Shown: piece by piece, positions 14,201 through 27,060 of the stretch | Numbering within the stretch: position 1 is the stretch's first letter | Layout of the letters: every line of letters starts with the position of its first letter | From: Octopus vulgaris | Lineage: Eukaryota | Length of the DNA stretch: 64,000 nucleotides | NCBI GenBank assembly: GCA_951406725.2 | Contig: OX597827.1 | Span: 68,386,001 to 68,450,000, forward strand | Direction of reading: 5' to 3' | The notes under the pieces: model-generated | Told to the model about the DNA's origin: nothing | Database searches by the model: none | What the model saw: the letters and a program-made list of their open reading frames with translations, nothing else | Translations under genes and position numbers: made by a program

Positions 14201-14645
14201 CATATATACAAACATATATATATACAGACATACATATTTATAGACGTACGCACATATATATGCATATATATATATATATATATGTGCACATATATGTGTA
14301 ATGTTAATATGAAAGTGTAGGTGATGTCAAAATAAAAGTAATGCTATAAATAATTTATACCAAAATTACCCCTCTCCCCCCCCTCAAATTGTTAATTATA
14401 CACACGCTCACATATGTGCACTGAGGTAGCATTTTATTGGCAATGACATATATATATGTGTGTGTGTGCATGTGTGTGTATGTGCGCGCGCTCGTTGGCA
14501 TATATATATATATATATCCAACTTATGTAGGATTCTTATATACGTAGGTATGCATATGTGTGTATGAGTATGTTTTTGTGTGTGTCTGTGTGTAATTTGA
14601 GATTAGCTGTTTTGGAAATACACGCATACACACACACGTATGCAA

Positions 14646-14695
<50 letters not shown>

Positions 14696-14988
14696 ATATA
14701 TACATGTATATATATATGTATATATATACATGTATATATATATATGTATATATATATATATGTATATATATACATGTATATATATGTATATATGTATGTA
14801 TATATGTATGTATATATATATATGTATGTATATATGTATATATATATATATGTATGTATATATGTATGTATATATGTATATATATATGTATGTATATATG
14901 TATGTATATATGTATATATATATATATATATATGTATGTATATATGTATGTATATATGTATATATATATATATATGTATGTATATATG

Positions 14989-15028
<40 letters not shown>

Positions 15029-15075
15029 TACATATATGTATATATATATATATACGTATATATGTATGTATGTTT
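13935..15075. repeat. Degenerate (TA)/(CA)/(TG) microsatellite blocks
   Basis: Low-complexity tracts; source of the IYIY pseudo-ORFs. Confidence 0.9.
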
Positions 15076-15921
15076 GTGTATATAAAGCAGACGTTGAAAT
15101 AGCAATATCTTGTTAAACTGTATATTTTGCTTTTCTTCACTTAGTTTAGTAGCAAATGCAAGAAGAAAAAACCTAAATATTTATATACATTTATGACAAA
15201 TGATTTAAAAAGCTACAGAGGTATATTTATGTACTTGTAACTGTTGTTTGTGCCTGTACAATATGTATGTATGCATACATACATACATATGTATATATGT
15301 ATACGTACATATATGTATATGTCTGTATATATGTATATATACATGTTCATATATATATATATATAGTTATTATTAGCCATTTGTTTTTGTTTTTCTATGT
15401 GAAAACAATAAAAATATAAACATCAAGTTTTGTTTTAAAAATTTTACTGCTTATATATACATAATATGTATAACATGTACATTTGTTATATACAATGTAT
15501 ATGCCTTATATGATATATATATATATATATATAATGTATTATATAAACATATACACACACATATATATAATATATATGTATTATATTATATATATATACA
15601 TATATATATAGATATGTATATATAATGTATATGTATTATATATACATATATATGTATGTATATGTTTTATATAAGATATATTTCATTGTATATGTATATA
15701 TATATATATACATGTATATAATTGCGATAGTTTGAGTATGTAACATTGGAAATGTTAACTGAATGTGTGATGTTTTCTTTGTGTTCAATTTTTTGTATGT
15801 TTTATTTTGTTGTTGACCTTTTTTTACTTAATTACATGAAGTGTGATTTGTAAATGTATAAGGTTCTATAATTTGATTGAGATAAGCCTATATAGCTGTA
15901 CGTATGTCTAAAATAAAAATT

Positions 15922-15961
<40 letters not shown>

Positions 15962-17184
15962 TTTTTTTAATTAATTCAGATGGTAAATGTATTTTGTTCT
16001 TTTGACTAAATGTTGGACGGAAATTAAAAAAAAATATATAATATACAAAAAAAAATAAATAAATACAAGAAAACTAACTCATCCATTTGAAATTATTAAT
16101 CTAATTTGAATTTTAGAAAGTCGATGCCACACTGTGATAAAACAACTACAACCCATACGATGTTTTTTTTTTATGTTTGCAATTACTTTGAGGGTAAAAT
16201 ACATACAAAATTTACATTTGTTTTTAGTGAAGAAAAAACAATATGAATCAAAAATATTGTATTTGCATATTTTTATATCAACGGGAAAGTAACTTGTAGA
16301 AATTAGCTTGCACATTGTTTTATTTTACAATTTCTATTCAGTTTATTAAACTGCTGAATATGCTGTAGATAGATTCGTGCGTATAATACGTTTTTTTTTT
16401 ATATAAAAAACAAAGACAAAAGAAGAGAAAAACACAGAGAACAAAAAAGCAAAAAAAAAAAAAACGTCAGAAGCAAACAGAAACAAAAAAAATAAATAAA
16501 AAGAAAATTCGAGAAAATAAAATAAAATGTCTTCAAACATTATTATTATTATTATTATTTAGCATATCGGATGATATTAGAAATAGCTGAAACTTTTAAA
16601 AACAGCGGGAGTAATTTCTATGCAGTACCTAGTTTGTTATACCAAGCTAGTTTAAAAAAAAAAAATTCCTTTTGATGCGACTTTATTTCATTTTTGGCGT
16701 CAATAAAATAAGTACCAATAATAAACTGATGTCCAGTCTTTTAATCAATCCATTGTTTAAAGAAACGGCTTTCTTCAGAAGTCGTATGAAATCTGTTCTC
16801 CAAAATATTTGCTTTAAATGTCGAAAATTATTTGTGTCTGATTTTTTTCCTGTTTATTTATTTATATTTTCGGATTTTAACCCAATCTGAACTATTGTAT
16901 TCATATATGACGACTGGTAACAACATATGCAGGAATAATGAGGATGCTTATGTGTGTAACCGAATGATTTTCTGGTTTAAAGACTCTGTCCCTTGCGGGG
17001 TGGAATTTTCGCTACAAATAAGCACATGTTTGAAATCGAAGTAAACCCAGGATTGTTTCTATGCTATTTTGACCCAAGCGGCTTGCATTGGAAATTAGGA
17101 CGACCCTATAACATCTATAGTTCTTAAAGCCAGCGAAATGCGAACTACCACCAATAATAGCAATGGAATTCTAAATACAGACGT

Positions 17185-17362
17185 TTATTATTTTGGTTCC
17201 GTTTCTAATTTATATATATAATGTATGGAGAATTTATGGAGTGAAGTTCCATAAATCCTATCAATTTTGTTAAAAAAGGGAGGAGATAAGTTGTTAAAAT
17301 ATATAAGAAGTTTAATAGTTGCAGACGATCGTTTCGCACAGAGATATAATAATATGAATTCA
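17185..17362 (-). mobile_element. Penelope-like terminal fragment (partial hammerhead); homologue of 20600-20790
   Basis: About 175 bp shared with 20600-20790; minus strand has gtgc-GAAA-cgatcg-TC-tgc but lacks the CUGANGA half. Confidence 0.55.
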
Positions 17363-17663
17363 GAAACTGGGTTGTAAAAAATAAAAGTTGTGAAAGTTTG
17401 TGGAATTCATTTAACTTTTACATAAACTTTATGAAGAAAACACATTTCGGGTAAATTTAGCATAAGATGACTCCATTTAACAAATTGACATCTACCAACT
17501 CTTTTCCCTCCAGATATGATCCATGAAACTTGAAGTGGTAGTCTATTGCTCACATTGAGTCCATTCTCCAAGGAGAAAGCAAACGTTCTTCCTTTCTATC
17601 ATGAGCCAACATAATTTTTCTTTCAAGCGGTTTTCAAAAGTCGAATTTGAGTTTGCGAACATA

Positions 17664-18230
17664 TTGGGTTGTCCGGAATGTTCGTGCGGATATTTAAAGG
17701 AAAGAAAAAGATCAATAAATACTTACCATTATATTTTTAATCAACCAAATATGAACCATTTTGTTGCACAATGCGTCTCCATCTTTCCTTTAACTTGAAA
17801 ATACCCTCTTCCCACAATTGAGGTGGTTTCATGGCAAAGAATACATCAAGGTATATTTTTACGACATCTAAGGAATTTAAATTTTTACCATTAAGACTAG
17901 TCTGCGGAGACTTGAATGAGTGGAAATCTGAAGGAGCAATATCTGGTGAATATGGAGGGTGGGGTGACACATCCCAACCGAGCTGCAGCAATTTTTGTCT
18001 GGTTCCCAAAGCATCAAGTGCCGAAAATGAACTTCCTTATCATCCATTTTAAAGGGTTACAGAATTAACACAGGTTATAGGAACATAAACCTTCTTCCTC
18101 GAAAATATAGCTTAAACTGTGCTCTAAATGGAGGTGTAGTAAAATCCTATTTTATAGACTTAACCATGTTCTAAAATAAGTTGTGAAGGTAAGCCACTAT
18201 AATTCGGCACGAACTTTCCGGACAACCCAA
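17664..18230 (-). mobile_element. Internally deleted mariner transposon with transposase C-terminal remnant
   Basis: TA|ttgggttgtccggaatgttcgtgc ... gcacgaactttccggacaacccaa|TA TIRs. ORF 17737-18009 has LGWDV.PHPPYSPDIAPSDFH, the mariner YSPDLAP.D motif. Confidence 0.92.
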
Positions 18231-18319
18231 TATTTAATTATCATTGAAATGGTATTAGAAAATCGTACATGTTTGGTCTTCCTTTAGGTCCATGTCCAAA
18301 ATCTAGGATACAGGTGATG

Positions 18320-18795
18320 ATATCCTTTACGGCAGCGAGTCATGGCCGATGTGGGTAGAAGATATTAAGCGACTAGTATCCATCGATCACCCCTGTCTAC
18401 GCCGCATCTTTCGTGTCCGATGGCATCATCACTTTGTCTCCAACAATTCGGTGCGACACCAGTGCAAAATCACCTTCCTAACGAGACGTTTGCGTTGGCT
18501 GGGTCATGACCTCCGTCGTCAACCAGGGGAATTCATCTACGAAGCAATTACCCCAGCTCCCCTTCAGGGTTGGCGAAAGCGATGTGGTGGACAACGAAAA
18601 ACTTGGCTAATGACGGTCAAGGCTGATCTGGAACCCAACCTAAGCCTCCATGTCTACGTCGTTCGATGCTGGAATAGGGAGTGGTTGGAGATCACGCGGT
18701 CGTTAGCCTCAAATCGCCAGGCCTGGACGGCGTTTGTAAGAGATGCAGCATTGAGGATGAATGGACCCAACTCAAACAACCCTGAGTGAATGCTG
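18320..18795 (+). mobile_element. RTE-clade LINE 3' fragment
   Basis: ILYGSESW...CLRRIFRVRW...VSN...RRLRWLGH.LR...GWRKR.GGQRKTW is typical of the RTE ORF C-terminus. Confidence 0.8.
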
Positions 18796-18796
18796 T

Positions 18797-19020
18797 CTCA
18801 AGAAAATATCCTTCCACAATTCTCTGTCCTTTGTTTTCTGTGATAGTTCCCCTTCCTGGTGTTTAATGTCTCTTCCAACCAGTTCGTCAAGCTTAACATC
18901 CAAGTTATCCTTCTCCTTCCTCTGCTCCTTTTCACATCAATCTTTCTGGTCATCGCTAATTTCTCCAATCCCTTTTTACTCATCGCACGACGAAGAGATC
19001 TTGGTCATGCAGAAGCCGAT
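18797..19020 (-). mobile_element. RTE-clade LINE 3' fragment (second family)
   Basis: KGLEKLAMT.KID.KRSRGRRRITW motif. Confidence 0.7.
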
Positions 19021-19275
19021 ACCAAAATAAAATTGTGGTAGAACAAGATTGGAAGTAAGGAGAAATGATACGTAATAAATCCAAAATCAAAAACCAGATT
19101 AGTGAAAACCTATGGATTAAAAAAAAAAAGCGGAGAGAGAAACACAAGAAAGGTGAGAAAAAATTCAGCGACGCTTGAAATTGAGGTAATCGGGTTAATT
19201 GCTATATTCGACTAATCATTAACAGTCAGTAATACTAATTCAGGTTAAAAAATTTTCCATTATGAATTTTAATTA

Positions 19276-19826
19276 GGCGTAGGAGTGTCTGTATGGTAAG
19301 AAGCTTGCTTACCAAGCACATGGTTCCGGGTTCAGTCCAACTGCGTGGCACCTTGGGCAAGTGTCTTCTACTCTAGCCTCGGACCGACCAAAGCCTTGTG
19401 AGTGGATTTGATAGACGGAAACTGAAAGAAGCCCGTCGTATATATGTATATATATGTGTGTGTGTGTGTGTGTGTATGTTTGTGCCTGGGTTTGTCTCCC
19501 CAACATCGCTTGACAACCGATGCTGGTGTGTTTACGTCCCCGTAACTTAGCGGTTCGTCAAATGAGACCGATAGAATAAGTACTAGACTTACAAAGAATA
19601 AGTCCTGGGGTCGATTTGCTTGACAGAAGGCGGTGCTCCAGCATGGACACAGTCACATGACTGAAACAAGTAACAGAGTAACTGCGTAGTAAGAAGTTTG
19701 CTTCCCAGCCACATGGTTCTGGGTTCAGTAACGCTGCATGACACCTTGGGCGAGTGTCTTCTATAACCCTAGGCTGACTAAACCCTCGTCAGTGGATTTT
19801 TTTTACGGTAACTGAAAGAAAGCCAC

Positions 19827-19830
<4 letters not shown>
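19276..19830 (+). mobile_element. SINE family B plus a partial degenerate second copy
   Basis: ggcgtaggagtg...acaagtaacagagt, followed by a second head fragment. Confidence 0.85.
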
Positions 19831-19870
<40 letters not shown>

Positions 19871-19871
<1 letters not shown>

Positions 19872-20423
19872 GAGCAAAACGCCCCCCGTCCAATGGACGG
19901 TGCTGAGTTGTCAAACATTTAAACTAGAGTTTCTCAAAACAACTTCTCCGACTGTCCCATAGACCTCCCCTTTGAGAAACACTGATTTAACCTAAATTTG
20001 AGACACCAGCAAAAGAAGAAATAAAGATAGACTTTTTTCTATTCCAAAGAAAAACGATTTTATTCACACAAATATGCAACCAAAGAGTTTAAAGTACCAG
20101 TAATGAAAAGACTGTTGACTGGGTGAACACAAACATGGTTTAAACAGTAAGCTTGACAGGAAAGAAACGTGCCTTTAAGCAGTACAAAAACAAAAAAAAT
20201 GGAAGGTGCAGTTATGCACAGATTGACGGAAGAAAAGCGGGACAAAAACGGCTTTATCGATAGCATTGTCACCTGGAATCAATTTTTGTAATGTTTTCAA
20301 TACTTATACACGCCCTGATACCGTCGGTATCTACATATCAAATTTGAGCGTAATCGAATGGAGGATGCCCGAGATTCTAGAAGACACACACGCAGACAGA
20401 CAGAACGGATTTTATATAATAGA
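19871..20423 (-). mobile_element. Putative non-autonomous Helitron
   Basis: Minus strand begins A|TCtattatataaaa-tccgttctgtctgtct and ends with hairpin ccgtccattggacgg then ctcg|T (non-canonical CTRR). Confidence 0.5.
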
Positions 20424-20738
20424 TATATATAAGTAAAAATTCATTTGGGTGTTAACTATCTAAGGGATGTTATATATCCAAAGTATTACTGGTTTATTAC
20501 CTATATAAAGAAAAGTGTTATGAATGGGTAAGTCATTTGTGTATTTAGAAATAATAAAATTGGATTGAACTTAACATTTATTGACTCAATTATTCAATTT
20601 ATGATTTTGTTTCCATTTCTAATTTATATATATATATATAATGAATGGAGAATTTATGGAGTGAAGTTCCATAAATCCCATCAATTTTGTTAAAAATGGA
20701 GGAGACAAGTTGTTAAAATTTATAAGAAGTTTAATTCT

Positions 20739-20829
20739 TGCCGACGATCGTTTCGTACAGAGATATAATAATAATATGAATTCATGACTGAATTAAATTT
20801 AATTAAATATCAACGTACTCTTCAGTGCT
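20739..20829 (-). ncRNA. Type I hammerhead-like motif with a long AT-rich loop II (Penelope-like terminus)
   Basis: Reverse complement: gca-CTGAAGA-gtac-[~55 nt]-gtac-GAAA-cgatcg-TC-ggc (tgc in the 17320 copy, which restores stem I). Confidence 0.55.
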
Positions 20830-20930
20830 GGGAAGAAAGAAACACATAATACAAGGAACTTGAAAAGGAATATAGAAGAAAAAAACTGGATCTAGGAGAT
20901 ACATGTTGGTATCCGTGTAAGAGATGGGAG

Positions 20931-20982
<52 letters not shown>

Positions 20983-21068
20983 GAAATTTATAGAAAAACA
21001 AAAGACGAAGACAAGCGTATGAGCAACAAGCAAGTGTATTAGTTTGACGCTCGGGCAAATGAGAAAGT

Positions 21069-21104
21069 CTTTTACATTTCGAGCCTACGCTCTTCAACAG
21101 AAAG
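21069..21104 (-). ncRNA. Degenerate minimal hammerhead-like motif
   Basis: cttt-CTGTTGA-a-gagc gtag gctc-GAAA-tg-TA-aaag; core A6 is substituted. Confidence 0.4.
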
Positions 21105-21167
21105 GATTAAGAGGAAATAAACAGAGAGAGAATGAAAAAAACATTCAGCAGGGCAACATGGCGAATG

Positions 21168-21251
<84 letters not shown>

Positions 21252-21769
21252 GAAAATGGAGATTTAGCATTTATATAATTTATTATATACAAAATCCAAC
21301 ATATTTCAGTTTAGCCTAAAAGTTTAAATTACGTGTGTATGTATTTCTAGCTATATATGTGTGTGCCTTTGTGTTTATCCCCTGCCATTGCTTGACACCC
21401 AGTGTTGGTTTGTTGATGTCTCCGTCACTTTCTGAGTCGGCTAAAGATTAATATAAAGTAAGTACGAGGTTTAAAAATAAATACTGGGTGCGATTAAAGT
21501 CTTCAATGGGTAGCCCCAGCATGGCCGCAGTCCAATGACTGAAAGAAGTAGAAGAAAAAGATAAATAGAAACGAAATCCGAGCCTTGCAAAGATCTGGGA
21601 AAGATCTGCCTTCCTCAATAAAATGTCTCATCCCCACCCCAATACAGAAAAATCCCAGTCAAGGGGCTGAATAGGGATAAGACAACGTAAAAACGAGTAG
21701 ACGTATTCGCCTTCCAGAAACCTATGCATATACTTCAATTAATATCTACATGCATTCAGAACAAAGTAC

Positions 21770-22010
21770 CTTTACAGTGCCAAAAATCCTAGCCTGGCGA
21801 TCAAAATACAAAATTAGGTACTGCAATAGCTTATGATTCAGAGGTTCACAGTTTTTCAATCTCCTCCTTAAGGACTTGGAAGACCTACATAGGATGGATG
21901 TAGATGTCTTCAAAACAGAAGTGGATCTACTGCCAAGAGTTCAAGATGAACCAACTTCACGGCAGGAAATGCGAATAAATGCAACAGCATCAAAGTCCTT
22001 CAGTCACTAA
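21770..22010 (+). mobile_element. Degenerate CR1-like LINE 3' end
   Basis: Reads RYCNSL.FRG.Q.FNLL.KDL.DLH.MDVDVFK..VD...V.DEPT.RQE, resembling invertebrate CR1-group ORF2 C-termini. Confidence 0.55.
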
Positions 22011-22014
22011 ATCC

Positions 22015-22231
22015 TTTCTACTATAGGAACAAGGCTTGAATTTTTGAGGGAGGGGGAGCAGTCGATCACAACGACTCCCAGTACTCTACTGGTCCTTAAT
22101 TTATCGACCCCGAAAAGATGAAAAGCAAAATCGACCTTGGCGGAATTTGAACTCAGAACGTAGCGACGGGCGAAATACCTCTAAGTATTTTGCCCGGCTC
22201 GCTAACGATTCTGCCAGCACGCCGCCTTGAT

Positions 22232-22292
<61 letters not shown>

Positions 22293-22445
22293 TATCCTTT
22301 CTACTATAGGCACAAGACCTGAATTTTGTGGGGAAGGGGGAAAATCGATCATATCGGCCCTAGTACTCAACTGGTACTCGATTTATCGACCCCGAAAGGA
22401 TGAAGACAAAGTCGACCTCGGCGGAATTTCAACTTAGAACGTAGC
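22015..22445 (-). mobile_element. Two SINE family A (A2) copies
   Basis: Reverse-complement family-A body, separated by (AAT)n. Confidence 0.75.
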
Positions 22446-23109
22446 AATAAACGATCCTTCATTTACCAAATGCCAACTATTAAAGGAAGATTAATGAAGG
22501 TGTAGCTACAGTAGTAGTGGTGACCCGGGACGACCTCAACTCTCGAACTGAAAGAAATAAAAGCGAGAGAGTACGCCATTCACTACAGCATGCCGAAACT
22601 TCTACAAACCGCGTGGACGCCGGCAACAAGTGGATCTTGTAATCAGTGGAAATTTTGTCTTTACGGAAGAAACGAAAGAGAAATCACTTCAATATAACTG
22701 AAGGCCATCAGGAGAACACATACACACACACACACAAACACACACTTGCATACAAACACACAAACATAGGCTTACTAGGAACATGATCTTGTATTTCTCA
22801 ACCATACGTGTCGTTGAGTATCACATGACGATCACTCTATTTTCGTTATCAGATAATCTGTGTGATATCGGTGACAATATATCTCAACTCTAAATCATAC
22901 ATGTTCTACACTTTATGACTTGTAATTATAGACACATTGTATAGCATGCCTTGCTGCCTTTCCTCATCATATTTCGATCTACTTTAGGGAAATCGTATAC
23001 CTATAATATCATATAAAAAAGAAAACATCTTAAAAGCTGCTATTGCAGAAGACATGAAATAGCACTATTTCATGGATGTTCTTTCTGTCATTTTACGTAC
23101 ATATTTAAA

Positions 23110-23430
23110 GACTCCGCCGGTTACGACGACGAGGGTCCCAGCTGATACGATCAACGGAACAGCTTGCTCGTGAAATTAACGTGCAAATGGCTGAGCATTC
23201 CACAGACACGTGTACCCTTAACGTAGTTCTCGGGGATAATCAGCGTGACACAGAGAGTGACAAGGCTGACCCTTTGAAATACAAGTACAACTCATTTTTG
23301 CCAGCTGAGTGGACTGGAGCAACGTGAAATAAAGTGTCTTGCTCAAGGACACAACGCGTCGCCGGGAATCGAACTCACAACCTTACGATCATGAGCCGAA
23401 TGCCCTAACCACTAAGCCACGCGCCCTCAC
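23110..23430 (-). mobile_element. tRNA/CORE-like SINE, head D + tail ii
   Basis: Minus strand: gcgtggcttagtggttaggg...gagttcgattccc...gtgtccttgagcaagacactt...ctcgtcgtcgtaaccg. Related copies at 27135-27420(-), 49510-49800(+) and 62930-63225(-). Confidence 0.85.
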
Positions 23431-23894
23431 ACGTACATATACACCGTCAGTGTGCGGGTGTATGTAATTTTAGCCAACCGGTATCCTCTATTGCTGATAT
23501 ACCAGAAGCTACGATTTTCTGTCTCCATGGACTGCTCACACATACACACACACAGGGACGAGGCAACGAAGTCTAGACCTTTACGTGGTCTCTCGAACTG
23601 CTAGAAATAGTAACCGAATCTTCTTTAATCTACGTCATAACTACTAAAAAGCACAAAGGCGACTCATTGTGCAACAGAACCGTCGATTTCTTCGCTTGCA
23701 AAAAGTCTAAGTGTTTTCTATTTGAATTAAAAATCGATCGCCGCGGATGTAATATTTTATTGAACTCACGTCCCTTAAGACATATATGGTGGGAGGAGCA
23801 CAGATCTCTACTAAGTGTATTTGCACTTTTCTTATAATGAATTGCAAAACAAAGACGATTTACACAATAGGAATGCACTCTTGCAGCAAATCTA

Positions 23895-24286
23895 TCAATA
23901 TATATAAAGCTGAAGTTGTCTGTGTGTGGCAGGTTTGGTAACCTTCAACTAACACTATCTCCTCCGAGACCCTGCGGTGCAAGTTGACCAAAATTGAAAG
24001 TATAATAGAAGAAGGCTTGCTCTTCCTTCCGTAGAAGACAAAATTCAAATCGGACCATGTTAACACCAAAAATTATTTACATCAAAAAGGTGCTTTTTTT
24101 CTATGAAAATCCCTATTTTTTTTACGATTTTTTTACTGCTGTGTCGCCATTTTTCGGTGTATTTCAACCAGAAAAATGTTCACTTAAAGAGAATAACAAG
24201 CTACATAATGCAAAATTTTTACTTTTCAAAAATTCCAATTCTAAAGGGTCGAAACAAACCCGAGCAACGCCGGGCGATACTGCTAG
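23895..24286 (+). mobile_element. Non-autonomous Helitron
   Basis: Homologous to 5147-5545; hairpin + CTAG|T end. Confidence 0.78.
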
Positions 24287-24599
24287 TAATAATAAAATGT
24301 ATAAAGTTTACGTAGGTGCAGGCGTGGCTGTGTGGTAAGGAACTTGCTTCCCAACCATATGATTCGGAGTTCTGTCCCACTACGTGAAAATTGGGCAAGT
24401 GCTCCTTCATTTAAAAATGACGATTCACACAATCTATCTATATCTCTCTATTTACACTGCGTTTCAAAGTATTTACGTTGTAACATTTGTTTCTTTTATT
24501 TAAATACTACTCGTTGGAATTCAACGAAATTTTTACAGGATAATGGATATATATACACACGACGGGCGCTTCTTTCTGTTTTTGTCTTGGGGCCATTGT

Positions 24600-25013
24600 T
24601 GAGATTGTGGCCTTGGGGCCATTGTTGAGATACTCTACTTCTTGTACTTGTAGCGACATTCACCCTGGGCGGGTTCAGTCGGCTTCTTCTACCATGGAAG
24701 AAGTTTCGTGGGAATATGTGGATTTTACAAGCGGTCCCTAACAATCCCGCATGTAGAGACATCCTGCTTGCCGCAGATTGTCCGCAGACGCGGGGACAGA
24801 ACGACCGAGGAGCCGCTGGTTGCCGAAACAGTCACTCCGAGGATTTTCACCAGAGCTCCCGTCTGCCGGGTTGTGGCCCTAATACCACTCGGTGTCAGAC
24901 CAATCCGCCTTGGGTGGCCCTACCAGGAACCGAAGTTCCCGACGGCATGGCTCTGACACTACCCATTGCCAGCGTCCCCACCACGGTGAGGAGGGGATGG
25001 ACTTTGGGGACGC
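24600..25013 (-). mobile_element. 5' end (UTR) of an RTE-like LINE
   Basis: GC-rich island. Minus strand has ccgtggtgggg...gagccatgccgtcggg...cctggtagggccaccca, typical of RTE 5' UTRs, leading to RVNVAT (possible start of the AP endonuclease). Confidence 0.6.
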
Positions 25014-25619
25014 ATTGTTGAGATACAAACGGTGGAACCGAACCCGGAGACATATGGTTGAAGAGCAAATTCATTCCCACCACAGCCATGCTTTTTGTAC
25101 CTATAAGGGATCCAATAGGATATACCGTGCATTTGTTTTTCGAAAAGCATTTGTGATAAGAGACGAAAAGAACGTGTGATGCAGGAAGGCTGGAACCTTT
25201 TGTGACTTTGTTCCTGGAAAGAAGAAACGAAGTAACAGCAGCAACAACAACAATAACAACAACAAGCATCTTCCTCCTCCACCTCATCATCATCATCATC
25301 ATTAATGGCAAGAGCGAAAAATATTCCTGCAAGAATAAAAAGTGAACGGTATAAGAAAAACACAAGCGAAGACGACAGCTGCCGACATTCAACTTACATG
25401 TGGTCTCAGACTCAAGAAAGCGTAATAAGGAATGTCTATGAAAAAAAAAAAAAAAGTGGGAGGGGAGCAAAAAGGAACTGGTAAGAAAAAACAAAAACAA
25501 AAAGAAAAGAAAACTTAGCTAGAAATTACCTCTGAAAAAAAAAAAGAGGTCAATTTGTGTTTGTTTTTTGAGTTTTTTTTTTCTTTTAAGACGGAATTAC
25601 GTCTGTATGTACTAAAATC

Positions 25620-25679
<60 letters not shown>

Positions 25680-26102
25680 ATGTGTATGTATGTATATATA
25701 TATGTATATATATGTATATATATATATATATTTTTATATGTATATATATGTGTATGTATGTATATATATATATATATATATGCATATATATGTATATATA
25801 TATATATTTGTATATGTATATATATGTGTATGTATGTATATATATGTATATATATATATTTGTATATGTATATATATATATATATATATATTTGTATATG
25901 TATATATATATATATGTATTTGTATATGTATATATATATATATATATTTGTATATATATATACATATATATATATACATATATACATATATATATATATA
26001 TTTGTATATGTATATATATATATATATTTGTATCTGTATATATATATATATATTTGTATATGTATATATATATATATATTTGTATATGTATATATATATT
26101 TG

Positions 26103-26133
<31 letters not shown>

Positions 26134-26388
26134 GTGTGTGTATGTATGTGTATATATATATGTGTGTATATATATATGTATATATGTATATATATATGCA
26201 TACATTATACATACATGCATACAAACATACTCACATACTCACATATACACCTTTATTTATACATACTTATGCATATGTTTGTATGCATACACATACATAC
26301 ACATACACAAATACATACATATATACACACATATACATATGTATATGAATATGTGTGTGTATGCGTATGTATATACACACACATATAT
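25620..26388. repeat. (TA)/(TG) compound microsatellite
   Basis: Low-complexity tract. Confidence 0.9.
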
Positions 26389-26389
26389 A

Positions 26390-26531
26390 GGCGTAGGAGT
26401 GGCTGTGCGGTAAGTAGCTTCCTTCCAACTACATGGTTCCTGGTTCAGTCCCACTGCGTATCACTTTGGACAAGCCTCGGGCCGACCACATCTGAGTTGA
26501 TTTGGTAGACGGAAACTGAAAAAAGCCTGTC

Positions 26532-26608
<77 letters not shown>

Positions 26609-26792
26609 TCCCCCAACATCGCTTGACAACCGATATTGGTGGGTTTCCGTCCCCGCAACTTAACGGTTGGACAAAAGAGACCGATAGAATAAGTACTAGA
26701 TTTACAAAGAATAAGTCTTGGGGCCGATTTTCTCGACTAAAGCGGTGCTCCAGCATGGCCGTAGTCAAATGACTGAAAGAAGTAAAAGAATA
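26390..26792 (+). mobile_element. SINE family B
   Basis: Full structure with a small internal deletion. Confidence 0.85.
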
Positions 26793-26810
26793 AAAAAATA
26801 TATATACAAA

Positions 26811-27060
26811 GCATATGGCGGAGTGATTAAGAACGCATGCTACTAACCCCAAGATTTCGATTTCTATTCCAGGCAGTGACCTGAATAATAATAAGAATAA
26901 GAAGAATAATAATATCGAAAAATACCTTAGGAATTAGAACCTAGGTTCGAAATTTCCCCAAGACACCTGATGAAGGCTGGAGGGTATATCAGCTGAAACG
27001 TTGTGTTAACAACAAACAAGATGAGGACAAATATCCGTCAAATGTAAATAATGTAAATAA
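26811..27060 (+). mobile_element. Family E: tRNA-like head + (AAT)n + hammerhead-bearing Penelope-like tail
   Basis: gcatatggcggagtg...ctactaacccc...ttccaggcagtgacc head; gacac-CTGATGA-a-ggctg..cagct-GAAA-cg-TT-gtgtt at 26962-27007. Confidence 0.8.

Noticed and set aside
13832-15140. Long IYIY/YMYV ORFs here and at 25555-26508, 28714-29845, 36967-37894, 42236-43114 and similar
   Set aside because: Translations of (TA)/(TG)/(CA) microsatellites, open in several frames and on both strands.
17185-20790. LTR pair formed by the ~175-bp direct repeats
   Set aside because: No TG..CA ends, PBS/PPT or gag-pol; the interior is unrelated mariner, RTE, SINE and Helitron pieces.
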